Origin: a virus
Taxonomy: Duplodnaviria > Caudoviricetes
DNA length: 64,000 nt
Virus record (IMG/VR): IMGVR_UViG_2519899649_000001
Coordinates: 1-64,000 of that record
Direction: 5' to 3' (one strand)
Below, in pieces: positions 47,811 to 56,113 of this stretch. The position numbers were made by a program, and so were the translations under genes. The notes below the pieces were generated by a model. The model did not search any database. It saw only the letters and a list, made by a program, of their open reading frames with translations, and was not told the DNA's origin. Position 1 is the first letter of the stretch. The number at the start of each line of letters is the position of its first letter.

Positions 47811-47986
47811 TCTGGGCGTGCAGGCTGACGCTGGTGCTGCTGCTGATGGTCGGGATGCTGTACCGGCCACAGGTCATCCACCTCAACATGGTCCGCGACC
47901 CGCACCCCCCGGCACCGGACTACCCGGTGCACACAGTGCCTCCCGCCGACCCCGCATACACCAGCGACACGGGGGAGGCGTGGTGA
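47807..47986 (+). CDS. Small membrane/secreted protein
   Basis: Hydrophobic LTLVLLLMVGML N-terminus. Confidence 0.45.
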   Translation: MIWACRLTLVLLLMVGMLYRPQVIHLNMVRDPHPPAPDYPVHTVPPADPAYTSDTGEAW

Positions 47987-48300
47987 AGACCCCGCAGCAG
48001 AAAGCCTCGCTGCGGCAGGAGAAGGCGGGTGCGGCCCTGCACGGCGGGCGTCGCACCCCCGGCTCGGGGAACGGCTGGGCGGTCAAGAACGACGTCCGCA
48101 CCGCCAAGTGGTCGATCGAGTACAAGACCACCGCCAAGAAGTCGTACACGCTCAAGCTCGACGAGCTGCTGCTGGCCGAACGCCACGCGCTGCTGGACGG
48201 CCGCGAGATGGCGTTCGGCATCCAGATGGGCCACCGCAGCTGGGTGGTCCTGGACGAGAACACCTTCCACCAGTTCACCAATCACGATCGGGGGAACTGA
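47983..48300 (+). CDS. Holliday junction resolvase (Hjc-like PD-(D/E)xK)
   Basis: QEK...GGRRTPGSG...KNDV...IEYKTT. Confidence 0.75.
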   Translation: MKTPQQKASLRQEKAGAALHGGRRTPGSGNGWAVKNDVRTAKWSIEYKTTAKKSYTLKLDELLLAERHALLDGREMAFGIQMGHRSWVVLDENTFHQFTNHDRGN

Positions 48301-48304
48301 AATC

Positions 48305-48688
48305 ATGGTCATGCACCTTCGGATCAACGCACCCCAATGGGTCGGCGACCGCGACGACAACACCCGCACCGCCAAGTGCGTCTCGTTCGCCGTCAGCCGC
48401 TACTACGACCCCTGGTTCGACACCGGCGAAGCCGACGAGGCGATCAGGATCTGCAACGGCGACGACGACGGCGCCGTGTGCCCGCTGCGCACCGAATGCC
48501 TGCTGTTCGCCCTGGTGAACAACGAGTCCAACGGCGTGTGGGGCGGGATGCATGAGCGCGACAGAAAGTACCTGCGGGCCCACTACAAGCGCGACAACTG
48601 GCGATGGTTCCCTCCCGGGCAGCTCACTCCGTTGCCGGTCATCCCCGAGGTGATCGTGGACGACGAGCTGTGGCTGGAGGCGGCGTGA
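48305..48688 (+). CDS. whiB: WhiB-family transcription factor
   Basis: AKC...DPWF...ICNG...CPLRTECLLFAL...GVWGG. Confidence 0.88.
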   Translation: MVMHLRINAPQWVGDRDDNTRTAKCVSFAVSRYYDPWFDTGEADEAIRICNGDDDGAVCPLRTECLLFALVNNESNGVWGGMHERDRKYLRAHYKRDNWRWFPPGQLTPLPVIPEVIVDDELWLEAA

Positions 48689-48885
48689 GTCTCCAGGACC
48701 GTGCCGAAGCGCTGAGTACCGCTCGCCAGCACGTCACCGCCGCGGCTACTAACGCGCGCGGTTACACCGACGGGGCCCCGTTCAAGGCACGGATGGACGC
48801 CATCGAGCAGTTCGCGCGGTTCCTGATGGGGGACCCGGTGAGCTGCGAGGCGTGCGGCAAGGAGGCGTTCGGTGCCCCGGAGTAA
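48685..48885 (+). CDS. Hypothetical protein
   Basis: GTGA coupling; terminal CEAC. Confidence 0.5.
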   Translation: MSLQDRAEALSTARQHVTAAATNARGYTDGAPFKARMDAIEQFARFLMGDPVSCEACGKEAFGAPE

Positions 48886-49876
48886 GCCGACCGGCGGCCA
48901 CGTGAAGCTGACCGGCCGTCTCAAAGATCTCGCCGAGATCCGCAAGAAGCCGACCGTGCTGCTGGGGGATGTGCAGGCGCACCTGCTGAAGAAGGCCGAC
49001 GCTCCCTCTGACCGGCGTAGCGACTGCCTGCATCCATCGGAGATGAGCCACGACGACTGGTGCCCGCGCCGGTCCTACTTCACGATCACCGGAGCGCCGG
49101 CCACCGAGGACGGCAAACCCGCCTTCTCCTTCGTCCGGGAGAACATCTTCGAGCAGGGCCACGACATCCACGCCCGCTGGCAGGGCTGGCTCCGCGACAT
49201 GGGCGTGCTGTGGGGCAAGTGGCACTGCGACGGGTGTGGCGTGCACTACCTCGGACTGGAGGCCGACTTCCCACATGACGGCTGTGACTACGTCGGCTCG
49301 AAGGTCGGTGGACACACCAACATCGTCTACCGGGAGGTGCCGTTGGAGGTCGGGCTGATCGCCGGTCACGCCGACGGGGCCGTGCCTGACAAGGGCGCCC
49401 TGATCGAGATCAAGAGCATCGGGCTGGGGACGGTGCGGTTCGAGAACCCCGAGCTGCTGGCCCGCTACGAGATCGTCGCCGGGGGGCGCAAGCTGGTCGA
49501 CTTCGACGGGCTGTGGAAGGAGTTGCGCACCCCGTTCCCCAGCCACCTGCGCCAGGCCAACCTCTACCTGTGGCTCGCGGCGCAGATGGGCCTGCCCTTC
49601 ACGCAGATGATCTTCATCTACGAAAGCAAGATGAACCAGCAGGTCAAAGAATTCGTGGTGAAAGCCTCGCCGCGGATCGTGGAACGCAAGCTAGAGCTGG
49701 CGGGCGAGGTCGAGCGCGCCGTGGAACGCAAGGTGCCACCTGCCCGCCCGCGTGATGTGTCTCCAGACAGTGGCATCTGCAAGGGCTGCCCGTTCAACGC
49801 CGTGTGCTGGGGCCACCCGGCCGCCGCCGCTCTGACCGCTCCGATCGACGCCGAGGACGTGCCCGATGCCGCCTAA
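48872..49876 (+). CDS. Cas4/RecB-like PD-(D/E)xK exonuclease
   Basis: LHPSE...WCPRRSYF, GHADG...IEIKS, QANLY, CKGCPFNAVC Fe-S cysteines. Confidence 0.82.
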   Translation: MPRSKPTGGHVKLTGRLKDLAEIRKKPTVLLGDVQAHLLKKADAPSDRRSDCLHPSEMSHDDWCPRRSYFTITGAPATEDGKPAFSFVRENIFEQGHDIHARWQGWLRDMGVLWGKWHCDGCGVHYLGLEADFPHDGCDYVGSKVGGHTNIVYREVPLEVGLIAGHADGAVPDKGALIEIKSIGLGTVRFENPELLARYEIVAGGRKLVDFDGLWKELRTPFPSHLRQANLYLWLAAQMGLPFTQMIFIYESKMNQQVKEFVVKASPRIVERKLELAGEVERAVERKVPPARPRDVSPDSGICKGCPFNAVCWGHPAAAALTAPIDAEDVPDAA

Positions 49877-50360
49877 CCTGCGTCTGCGCCGTGCCTCGCG
49901 CCGCGCGGCCAACGCCGCCATGGGCCAGGGCATGTGGTTGCCCGCCCGGCCCGGCGACGAGATGCCCGACCTACCCCACGACGTTACCGAGTTGGACGAC
50001 AGTGCCTTGATGACGCTGTTCGGCCAGTACACCCAGTGGCTGGAGTTCGTCGGCGTCCAGCTGGCCGCCGCCGAGATCGACGAGGCAGCCGCCCGCGACG
50101 CCCTGGAGCGGTACAAGTCCATCGGGCTGCTGAACCACAGCGAGGGCAGCAAGACGGTGACGGCGGCCAAGGCCAAGGCGTTGAGCAGCCCCGAGTACGA
50201 GGAGCTGTCGGACAAGTACAACGAGGCCCACGCCTACCGGAAGATCATCACTGCGATGTACGAGTCCACCGAGCACAAGCAGAGGTTCGTCTCCCGGGAG
50301 CTGTCTCGGCGGATCGGCCGCGCCGACACCGACCGGCGAGAAGGAAGGTGGGCTGCATGA
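49866..50360 (+). CDS. UvsY-like recombination mediator (tentative)
   Basis: Helical protein ending AYRKII...FVSRELSRR; located in the recombination cluster. Confidence 0.5.
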   Translation: MPPNLRLRRASRRAANAAMGQGMWLPARPGDEMPDLPHDVTELDDSALMTLFGQYTQWLEFVGVQLAAAEIDEAAARDALERYKSIGLLNHSEGSKTVTAAKAKALSSPEYEELSDKYNEAHAYRKIITAMYESTEHKQRFVSRELSRRIGRADTDRREGRWAA

Positions 50361-50745
50361 CCGGCCATCAGGATGGCCATCGCGATGGTGGGGACGGCAT
50401 CGTGCTGCCAGACCAGGTGTTCAAGGAGATCGGACGGATGCTGGTCGGTCGGCGGGTGTGGGTGCGTGACGGGCTGTTGCACACCCATGACCCCGACCAG
50501 TGCTGGGAGCACACCTGCTGCCTGCACCATCCGTCCGACCACCACATGCGCGACTGTCGCTGCGGTTTCGAGCTGACCGCGGCTGGCTGGCTGAGCGGAT
50601 CTGCCCGCACGGCACCGGCCATCCCGACCCCGACGACCTGGCGTGGCGGATGCTGCGCGACGGGTCCGAGGAAGGGTGGGCGTGGGGTGTGCATGGCTGC
50701 GACGGCTGCTGCCGCCCGCCCGAGCAGACGCAGGAGGCAGCGTGA
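50357..50745 (+). pseudogene. Cys/His-rich hypothetical protein with one-base frameshift near 50555
   Basis: HHPSDHHMRD in one frame continues as SLRFRADRGWLAERICPHGTGHPDPDD...VHGCDGCC in another; one extra G (TG to TGG, Trp) joins them. Confidence 0.6.
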
Positions 50746-50882
50746 GAATGCTGGGGCGGACGATGTGGCGGTGGGCGACGCCGACGTATGCCTACTGCGT
50801 GGACCGGCGCACCGCCAAGCGCCGCGACTTGCACGCCGCGATGCGACTGGAGCGGGCGGCCGAGCACGGGAGCCGACGATGA
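50742..50882 (+). CDS. Small hypothetical protein
   Basis: Fills the gap with overlapping start/stop on both sides. Confidence 0.4.
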   Translation: MRMLGRTMWRWATPTYAYCVDRRTAKRRDLHAAMRLERAAEHGSRR

Positions 50883-51307
50883 CGCGCAACGGGATGCGAC
50901 GCTGCGCCAAGTGCGAACGCAACCGGCAGGCCAAGTTCTATTCGGGGCCGCGAGCACGGGTGTGCGCGTCCTGCCGGAAGAAGGCACGGTCGGCGGGACG
51001 GCATGAGCGCCGCGTCCAGCTCACCTACGGGCTGGGTCCGGGGGAGTACGAGGCGTTGCTGGCCGCCCAGGGCGGGCGGTGCGCGATCTGCAAGGGCACC
51101 CGCCGCCAACGCCTGAGCGTGGACCACGATCACAAGACCGGCGTGGTCCGCGGCCTTTTGTGCAGGCTCTGTAACGGCAGGCTGTTGACGGCTGCCCGCG
51201 ACAGCGCCGAGATCCTGCGGGCAGCGGCCGACTACCTGGACAACCCGCCCGCCCTGATCCACATCGGCCAGCGAATAGCTCCCGACCATATGAAGAAGGC
51301 CAGTTAA
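50879..51307 (+). CDS. Recombination endonuclease VII-like protein
   Basis: YGL...YEALLAAQGGRCAIC...LSVDHDHKTGVVRGLLCRLCN. Confidence 0.9.
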   Translation: MTRNGMRRCAKCERNRQAKFYSGPRARVCASCRKKARSAGRHERRVQLTYGLGPGEYEALLAAQGGRCAICKGTRRQRLSVDHDHKTGVVRGLLCRLCNGRLLTAARDSAEILRAAADYLDNPPALIHIGQRIAPDHMKKAS

Positions 51308-51366
51308 CAAATTCCATGTGCTTTCCCCCACTCTTGAAGAAAAGGCAAGGGTTTCGGGGGAAGCAC

Positions 51367-51669
51367 ATGGAATCTGGGACGGTCGAGGAGAACAAGGTCA
51401 GCAGCGTTGACGCTTTGCTTCGCGTGAAGGCATCCAGCAACTCCAACAAACTGGCCGCGGCCATCTCCAACGGCATCTACGACGGAAAGAGCGTGGCGCT
51501 TCGGTGCGTGGGCGCGGGTGCGGTCAACCAGGCCATGAAGGCGATTGCGATCTCCCGAGGGTTCGTCGCACCCAGAGGCATCGACCTTGTCTGCTGTCCG
51601 GGATTCTGCACGGTCGACATGCCTGACGGGCAGGTCACCGCACTCATGATCAAGATCCTTGTGACGTGA
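51367..51669 (+). CDS. spoVS: Stage V sporulation protein S (SpoVS, Alba-like fold)
   Basis: LRVKASSN...VGAGAVNQAMKAIAISRGFVAPRGIDLVCCPGF closely matches the SpoVS signature GAGAxNQAxKAxAIARGFVAPxGxDL. Confidence 0.88.
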   Translation: MESGTVEENKVSSVDALLRVKASSNSNKLAAAISNGIYDGKSVALRCVGAGAVNQAMKAIAISRGFVAPRGIDLVCCPGFCTVDMPDGQVTALMIKILVT

Positions 51670-51679
51670 GGAGCCAGTC

Positions 51680-51856
51680 GTGCCAGCTATGATGAACGCC
51701 ACCCCCGCCGCCGGAACCCCACCGGCGCAGAATCTGGCCGCCAGCGAAAAGACCACTCTGGGGCAGGGTGCCCGCCTGGGCGACTTCTCCCAAGGCATCA
51801 GCGGGGCCGCCGGAAACACACAAACCTCGCCCTCCCCGTCGCAAAAGGCGTTCTAA
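51680..51856 (+). CDS. Small Ala/Gly/Ser-rich protein
   Basis: GTG start after GAGGAG, 58 aa to TAA. Confidence 0.45.
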   Translation: MPAMMNATPAAGTPPAQNLAASEKTTLGQGARLGDFSQGISGAAGNTQTSPSPSQKAF

Positions 51857-51968
51857 CATTTGCCTGGCACCTGTTCCTATCATGGAAAGTGAAACAGCGG
51901 CGCCACAAAACGGGACCCCTTCCGGCGAACTTCTCCGGCCGCAGACAGTACCTATCGGGGGAGTTCCC

Positions 51969-52283
51969 GTGGCAGACAAGACCACCACCTCGTTCCCGCG
52001 CATGGGCGACCAGGCCCACCGCTGGAATGTCGCGCCGCGCACGCCGGACCGCTCCATCACCGTGCCCAAGAAGCACGGCAAGGGCTCGTTCATGGAGGCC
52101 GCGACCGCCAAGCACCGCAAGAGCGTGCACGAGCGCCACGGTGCCAGCTTCGCCCCGCAGATGACCATGCACTACAGCAACGCTCCCGAGGCGTCGGCGA
52201 ACCTGCGCAACACCAAGCTCATGCCCAGTGCGGTCGGCGCCCGTGACTTCTACACCCGCCGCGCCTACGGCCAGGGAATGTGA
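51969..52283 (+). CDS. Small basic hypothetical protein
   Basis: SD GGGGGAG before GTG; His/Lys/Arg rich. Confidence 0.55.
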   Translation: MADKTTTSFPRMGDQAHRWNVAPRTPDRSITVPKKHGKGSFMEAATAKHRKSVHERHGASFAPQMTMHYSNAPEASANLRNTKLMPSAVGARDFYTRRAYGQGM

Positions 52284-52287
52284 TCGC

Positions 52288-52557
52288 GTGCTCCCGCTGA
52301 TCCTGGCCGCCGCCCGCGTCGCCGGACCCATGGTCGCCCGCGCCGCCGCCTCCACCGCCGCCCGCGGCGCAGCCGGTCAGGCAGCGGGCCAGGCCGGTCG
52401 CTCGATGGCCTTCAACGCCGGCATCAACGCCGCCTCCTCCATGGTCGGCGGCGGTAAGCCCGACAACAGCTCCGGCGGCGATGGCCAGCAGCAGAGCGAA
52501 GGCATCGACCTGGCCGCCGCAGCTCAGAACGCCTCCGAGGCCACGCGCCCCCACTGA
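52288..52557 (+). CDS. Ala/Gly-rich protein with amphipathic N-terminus
   Basis: MLPLILAAARVAGPMVARAAASTAARGAAG. Confidence 0.55.
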   Translation: MLPLILAAARVAGPMVARAAASTAARGAAGQAAGQAGRSMAFNAGINAASSMVGGGKPDNSSGGDGQQQSEGIDLAAAAQNASEATRPH

Positions 52558-52653
52558 GGGGTCGTAAAGATCTCGCCGACCTCGCGCCAAGGGTGAACGA
52601 GTAGCAACTACTGCCGTGTTCGCCCGGCCCAGCCCGAAGGGAACCCCACCTGC

Positions 52654-53184
52654 ATGCCCGCACCCGGCTCCAACTGGCAACTCCTGCCCCCCTTCGGGCA
52701 GGGGGTGCCCGGTGCGCCGGTGCAGCAGGGAGGCGGCGGAACCCCGTCGTTCCGTAACTGGCTGGACGAATCCCGTTCCCGGCAGACCCCAAGGATCGGG
52801 CAGGCCGAATATCCCGACGGGTACCTGGGCACGATCGTGACCCGCCGCGGGGACCGGGTGTTGTCCAGCGTGCAGGACCGCGTGAGCGCCGCCAACACCC
52901 AGCGCGGCGTTCACAAGGGCGAGATCATCGACCCGGCCGACTACAAGTGGCCTGCCGACTTCAACCCCGCCACCGGCCTGGAGTACCAGGCGCGCGGCCT
53001 GAAGTGGACCGCCCGCGGCAACGAGCCGGTGCACCTGGCTCACATGGGCAAGGTCAACGCTCCCTCGCCCGAGCAGGCGATGGCGATGCAGCGCCGCTAC
53101 GGCTACGTGCCCTCGATGCGGCACGACGGCATCGATCCCATCCGCGCCGACCGGATGCGACGTTTCCTACCGAGCTGGAGATGA
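52654..53184 (+). CDS. Conserved hypothetical protein
   Basis: PQAEYPDGYLGTI...QRGVHKGEIIDPADYKWP...GLEYQARG. Confidence 0.65.
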   Translation: MPAPGSNWQLLPPFGQGVPGAPVQQGGGGTPSFRNWLDESRSRQTPRIGQAEYPDGYLGTIVTRRGDRVLSSVQDRVSAANTQRGVHKGEIIDPADYKWPADFNPATGLEYQARGLKWTARGNEPVHLAHMGKVNAPSPEQAMAMQRRYGYVPSMRHDGIDPIRADRMRRFLPSWR

Positions 53185-53369
53185 CCATGCGTTCTCCTCA
53201 CCTGCTGCGCTGCGAACCCGCCACCCAGCCCAACCCGCTGGAGCTGGAGCTGCGCCGCCTGGTTTACGGCCGCGGCCTGTCACGCGCCGCCGCAGGTCTG
53301 GTGATTCCGATGGTGTGGACCTTCGACGTGATCCTGGCGGCCATGTACTTCTCGGGAACGGCAGGCTGA
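53181..53369 (+). CDS. Small membrane protein
   Basis: C-terminal hydrophobic segment GLVIPMVWTFDVILAAMYF. Confidence 0.4.
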   Translation: MTMRSPHLLRCEPATQPNPLELELRRLVYGRGLSRAAAGLVIPMVWTFDVILAAMYFSGTAG

Positions 53370-53370
53370 G

Positions 53371-53742
53371 ATGGCCAGCCGCACGGTGATCCGGCCGCCC
53401 CGCCCGGCCGACCAGCTCGGCCGCCGCCCGATCGCCACCTCCGGCGCACCCGGGCCTACCCCGCGCGACCCCGACACCGTCTACGCCCCCAAACCGTGGG
53501 CCAGCAACGAGGAGCGCCTGGTCGACGACGCCCTCGCCACCTGGACCCTCCCGGCACAGATGCTCCGCGACATCCGCCCCCTGTACCCGCAGAAGCTGTT
53601 CCGCCCGCGTTTCGGCTACGAGAACCGCGCACTCGGCATCGACGACATCGCACGCGTGGACGAGCTGTACCAGCGCGTGGACTTCTCGGGGCGACGCTCG
53701 GGCTACCAGGGCACTTCGTTTCCGGCGCTGGGGATTTTCTGA
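53371..53742 (+). CDS. Hypothetical protein
   Basis: Pro/Arg-rich; KPWASNEERL...YPQKLF. Confidence 0.6.
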   Translation: MASRTVIRPPRPADQLGRRPIATSGAPGPTPRDPDTVYAPKPWASNEERLVDDALATWTLPAQMLRDIRPLYPQKLFRPRFGYENRALGIDDIARVDELYQRVDFSGRRSGYQGTSFPALGIF

Positions 53743-53795
53743 CCCATTTACCGGAGCTTGATCAAAAGCATCAGACCCTGAAACAGGAGGCGATC

Positions 53796-54062
53796 ATGGC
53801 GATAGGTGAAGGCAAGAGCCACAAGCGGCCGATGGCGGCAGGTGACCGGCGACGCGCCGGACACTCGGGCCGCGTGGTGCGCACCGTCGAAAGCTTCGAC
53901 GGTGACCGCCGCGAGAAGCTCGGCGTGACCGCCGACATCCTCAACAAGGTCTTCGCCACCGGCGCCAAGGGAGCCAGCAAGGGCAAGACCAAGGTCTCCA
54001 AGGGCGCCGGGGGCGCTTCGGGAGCCAAGGGCAAGGGCAGCCGAGCCGGGAAGAAGGACTGA
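53796..54062 (+). CDS. Highly basic Lys/Gly-rich small protein
   Basis: SD AGGAGG; ends GAKGASKGKTKVSKGAGGASGAKGKGSRAGKKD. Confidence 0.65.
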   Translation: MAIGEGKSHKRPMAAGDRRRAGHSGRVVRTVESFDGDRREKLGVTADILNKVFATGAKGASKGKTKVSKGAGGASGAKGKGSRAGKKD

Positions 54063-54065
54063 GCC

Positions 54066-54320
54066 ATGGCCTACCCCGAGTGCCGCAGCATGAACGCCGA
54101 CCTGTGGGCGGGCGCGACCGACGGCCGCTACAAGAAGGTCATCCGCGACCGCGGCGGTTTCCCCGAACCCCTCACGCCGGTCATGCGCCAGGACCTGTAC
54201 CCCACCTGGTACGGCATCGTCGAAGCGCCGAAGAAGGTCGGCGTCTGCGGCAAGGAGTTCGAGACGCCCGGCTACATGCCGTCCTGGCCGTACAAGCCGC
54301 CCATGCCTTACCAGGGCTGA
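54066..54320 (+). CDS. Hypothetical protein
   Basis: RSMNADLWAGATDGRYKK...DLYP motif. Confidence 0.6.
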   Translation: MAYPECRSMNADLWAGATDGRYKKVIRDRGGFPEPLTPVMRQDLYPTWYGIVEAPKKVGVCGKEFETPGYMPSWPYKPPMPYQG

Positions 54321-54324
54321 ACCG

Positions 54325-54561
54325 ATGGCCTTGTTTCCTGTCTACGTCGTTGACGACGAGGGCAACCGCAAACCCATGGAATGTCCCGACTGGGTGCGCC
54401 GCCTTCACACCCAGCAGAAGGCCGACGAAGCCTTCGACAGCTTTCTGCGGGAACAGATGCGCGCACGCTACGCCGCGGAGCTGGCCGCCGACGGCATCGT
54501 GCCCCTCACTGATGAAGAATTCGACGCCCGCTACCCGAACCCTGTGAGGACTAAGCCATGA
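54325..54561 (+). CDS. Hypothetical protein
   Basis: 78 aa, tightly packed. Confidence 0.5.
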   Translation: MALFPVYVVDDEGNRKPMECPDWVRRLHTQQKADEAFDSFLREQMRARYAAELAADGIVPLTDEEFDARYPNPVRTKP

Positions 54562-54731
54562 GCATCAGCGGCGACAGCCACAACGGCCACCTCATCGACC
54601 ACGAGGGGAAGCGAACGTCCCTGTCGGTGCAGGACTGGGTTGATCAGCAAAAGAAGTTCGCAGAGCTTGAACACTTCTTCTACAAGAAGTGCGTGGAGGA
54701 ACTGGGCAAGAGCTTCAATTCCCAGCCCTGA
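54558..54731 (+). CDS. Small hypothetical protein
   Basis: 57 aa ORF MSISGDSHNGH...NSQP, overlapping the previous stop. Confidence 0.45.
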   Translation: MSISGDSHNGHLIDHEGKRTSLSVQDWVDQQKKFAELEHFFYKKCVEELGKSFNSQP

Positions 54732-54823
54732 CGGCCTGAGCCTCCACCTGCCACTACCCCCCGACTCGAACGCGCCACCAGGCAGTGCCCCAACACCGGG
54801 CACGAACCACCATCGGGGGAATC

Positions 54824-55306
54824 GTGAGCGACACCATTCGGCTCCTGGAATGCCGCATCTGCAACACCGTTGAGGAGCTGCCCGCCTACGGCGGCCCCAC
54901 CCAGTACGACGACACCCTCGAATACGCTGCCGCGCGTCACCGCCACCCCGAGGGCGAGAACGGCCAGCTGTACGTCGGCATCCCCGCCGCCGCGTGGCGG
55001 CAGCCATCCGAGCGCACCAAGATCCTGGAGCTGCTGCGCGACAAGTCCGGCAAGGGCTTGGGCGATGACTTCTACAACGTCTCCAACACGCTGCGCGAAG
55101 ACGCCCTGGCATGCTTCACCGCCCACCGCCGTCCCACTTTGTGCATCGACTACCGCGACGACTCCAAGCGCCTGCTCCCCGACACCGCCGCCCTGCGCAA
55201 GGAAGCCGGGCTCGCCAAACCCAAGGACCTCCCCGCCACCCGCTTTTTGTGCGACTTCTGCCCCGTGCAGAGCACTGTCAGCACCGCCCGCGACAAGGCG
55301 GCCTGA
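54824..55306 (+). CDS. Zn-binding hypothetical protein
   Basis: LLECRICNTVEEL ... FLCDFCPV; SD GGGGGA. Confidence 0.65.
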   Translation: MSDTIRLLECRICNTVEELPAYGGPTQYDDTLEYAAARHRHPEGENGQLYVGIPAAAWRQPSERTKILELLRDKSGKGLGDDFYNVSNTLREDALACFTAHRRPTLCIDYRDDSKRLLPDTAALRKEAGLAKPKDLPATRFLCDFCPVQSTVSTARDKAA

Positions 55307-55338
55307 CGAGTCCTTGTCACCGATTGAGGGAGCCCGAA

Positions 55339-55944
55339 TTGGTAATTTCTGCGAGCCTGGCTGCTGCGGCTGTGTTGACCTTCAGTCCCGCCGCGCCATA
55401 CAGACCCGCCGAACAGGGCGTGCGTCCGCATTCTGAACAGGCCGTCACTATGCGCGTGGCGGCCGAGAAAAACCGCAAGAACCGCATCAGCTACAACCGC
55501 ACCAAGGCCACACGAATGAACCGTGTGGCCTTTGCTTATTCCCGCTGGCAGCAATCAGCCGAAATCGCCGTGCGCTACGCCTTGGCCCAACGCGGCAAGC
55601 CGTACGCGTGGGGAGCAACCGGACCGCGCGCCTACGACTGCTCGGGTCTGGTCCAGCGCGCTTGGCGCGTGGCCGGCGTCACCATGCCGCGCGTCACCTA
55701 CGACCAGTACCGCCGCATTCCCCGCAAGGTGTCGCGCCGCAACCTGGCACCCGGTGACCTGGTGTTCTTCCACGGCCGTGGCCACGTGGGCATGTACATC
55801 GGCCGTTCCCGCTACGTGCACTCGCCCAAGACCGGCGACCACGTCCGCGTCGTGGTACTACGCGCCCGCCGCGATTTCGCCGGGGCCGTGCGCCCAGCCT
55901 GGCCGCTGTGGCTGACCGACGCCGTCAGGCTCCGCCGCCGCTAA
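55339..55944 (+). CDS. Secreted NlpC/P60 (C40) cell-wall peptidase
   Basis: Signal-peptide-like VISASLAAAAVLTFSPA; GKPYAWGATGPRAYDCSGLV...PGDLVFF..GHVGMY...YVHSP. Confidence 0.88.
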   Translation: MVISASLAAAAVLTFSPAAPYRPAEQGVRPHSEQAVTMRVAAEKNRKNRISYNRTKATRMNRVAFAYSRWQQSAEIAVRYALAQRGKPYAWGATGPRAYDCSGLVQRAWRVAGVTMPRVTYDQYRRIPRKVSRRNLAPGDLVFFHGRGHVGMYIGRSRYVHSPKTGDHVRVVVLRARRDFAGAVRPAWPLWLTDAVRLRRR

Positions 55945-56113
55945 AGACCGATATGGCACCCCCGGGGGTTGAGGTCTATGCGGACTCACCTTTAACAAGG
56001 AAAGAGCACAGTCCCCCAGGGGTGCCTTCTTGAAAGACTACTACGTCCCGTAGATCAATGAGCGCCCCGGCTCGCACTAACAACGGCGAAAGCGCCGCGC
56101 TCACAATTGATCT

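Noticed and set aside
48872-49876. Cas4-like gene as evidence of a CRISPR-Cas locus
   Set aside because: No repeat-spacer array or other cas genes seen; solo Cas4-like exonucleases are common in phage recombination modules
37761-56023. CCCCAGGGGT palindromic motif at 37762 and 56014
   Set aside because: Only two clear copies of a GC-rich near-palindrome; not distinguishable from chance by eye
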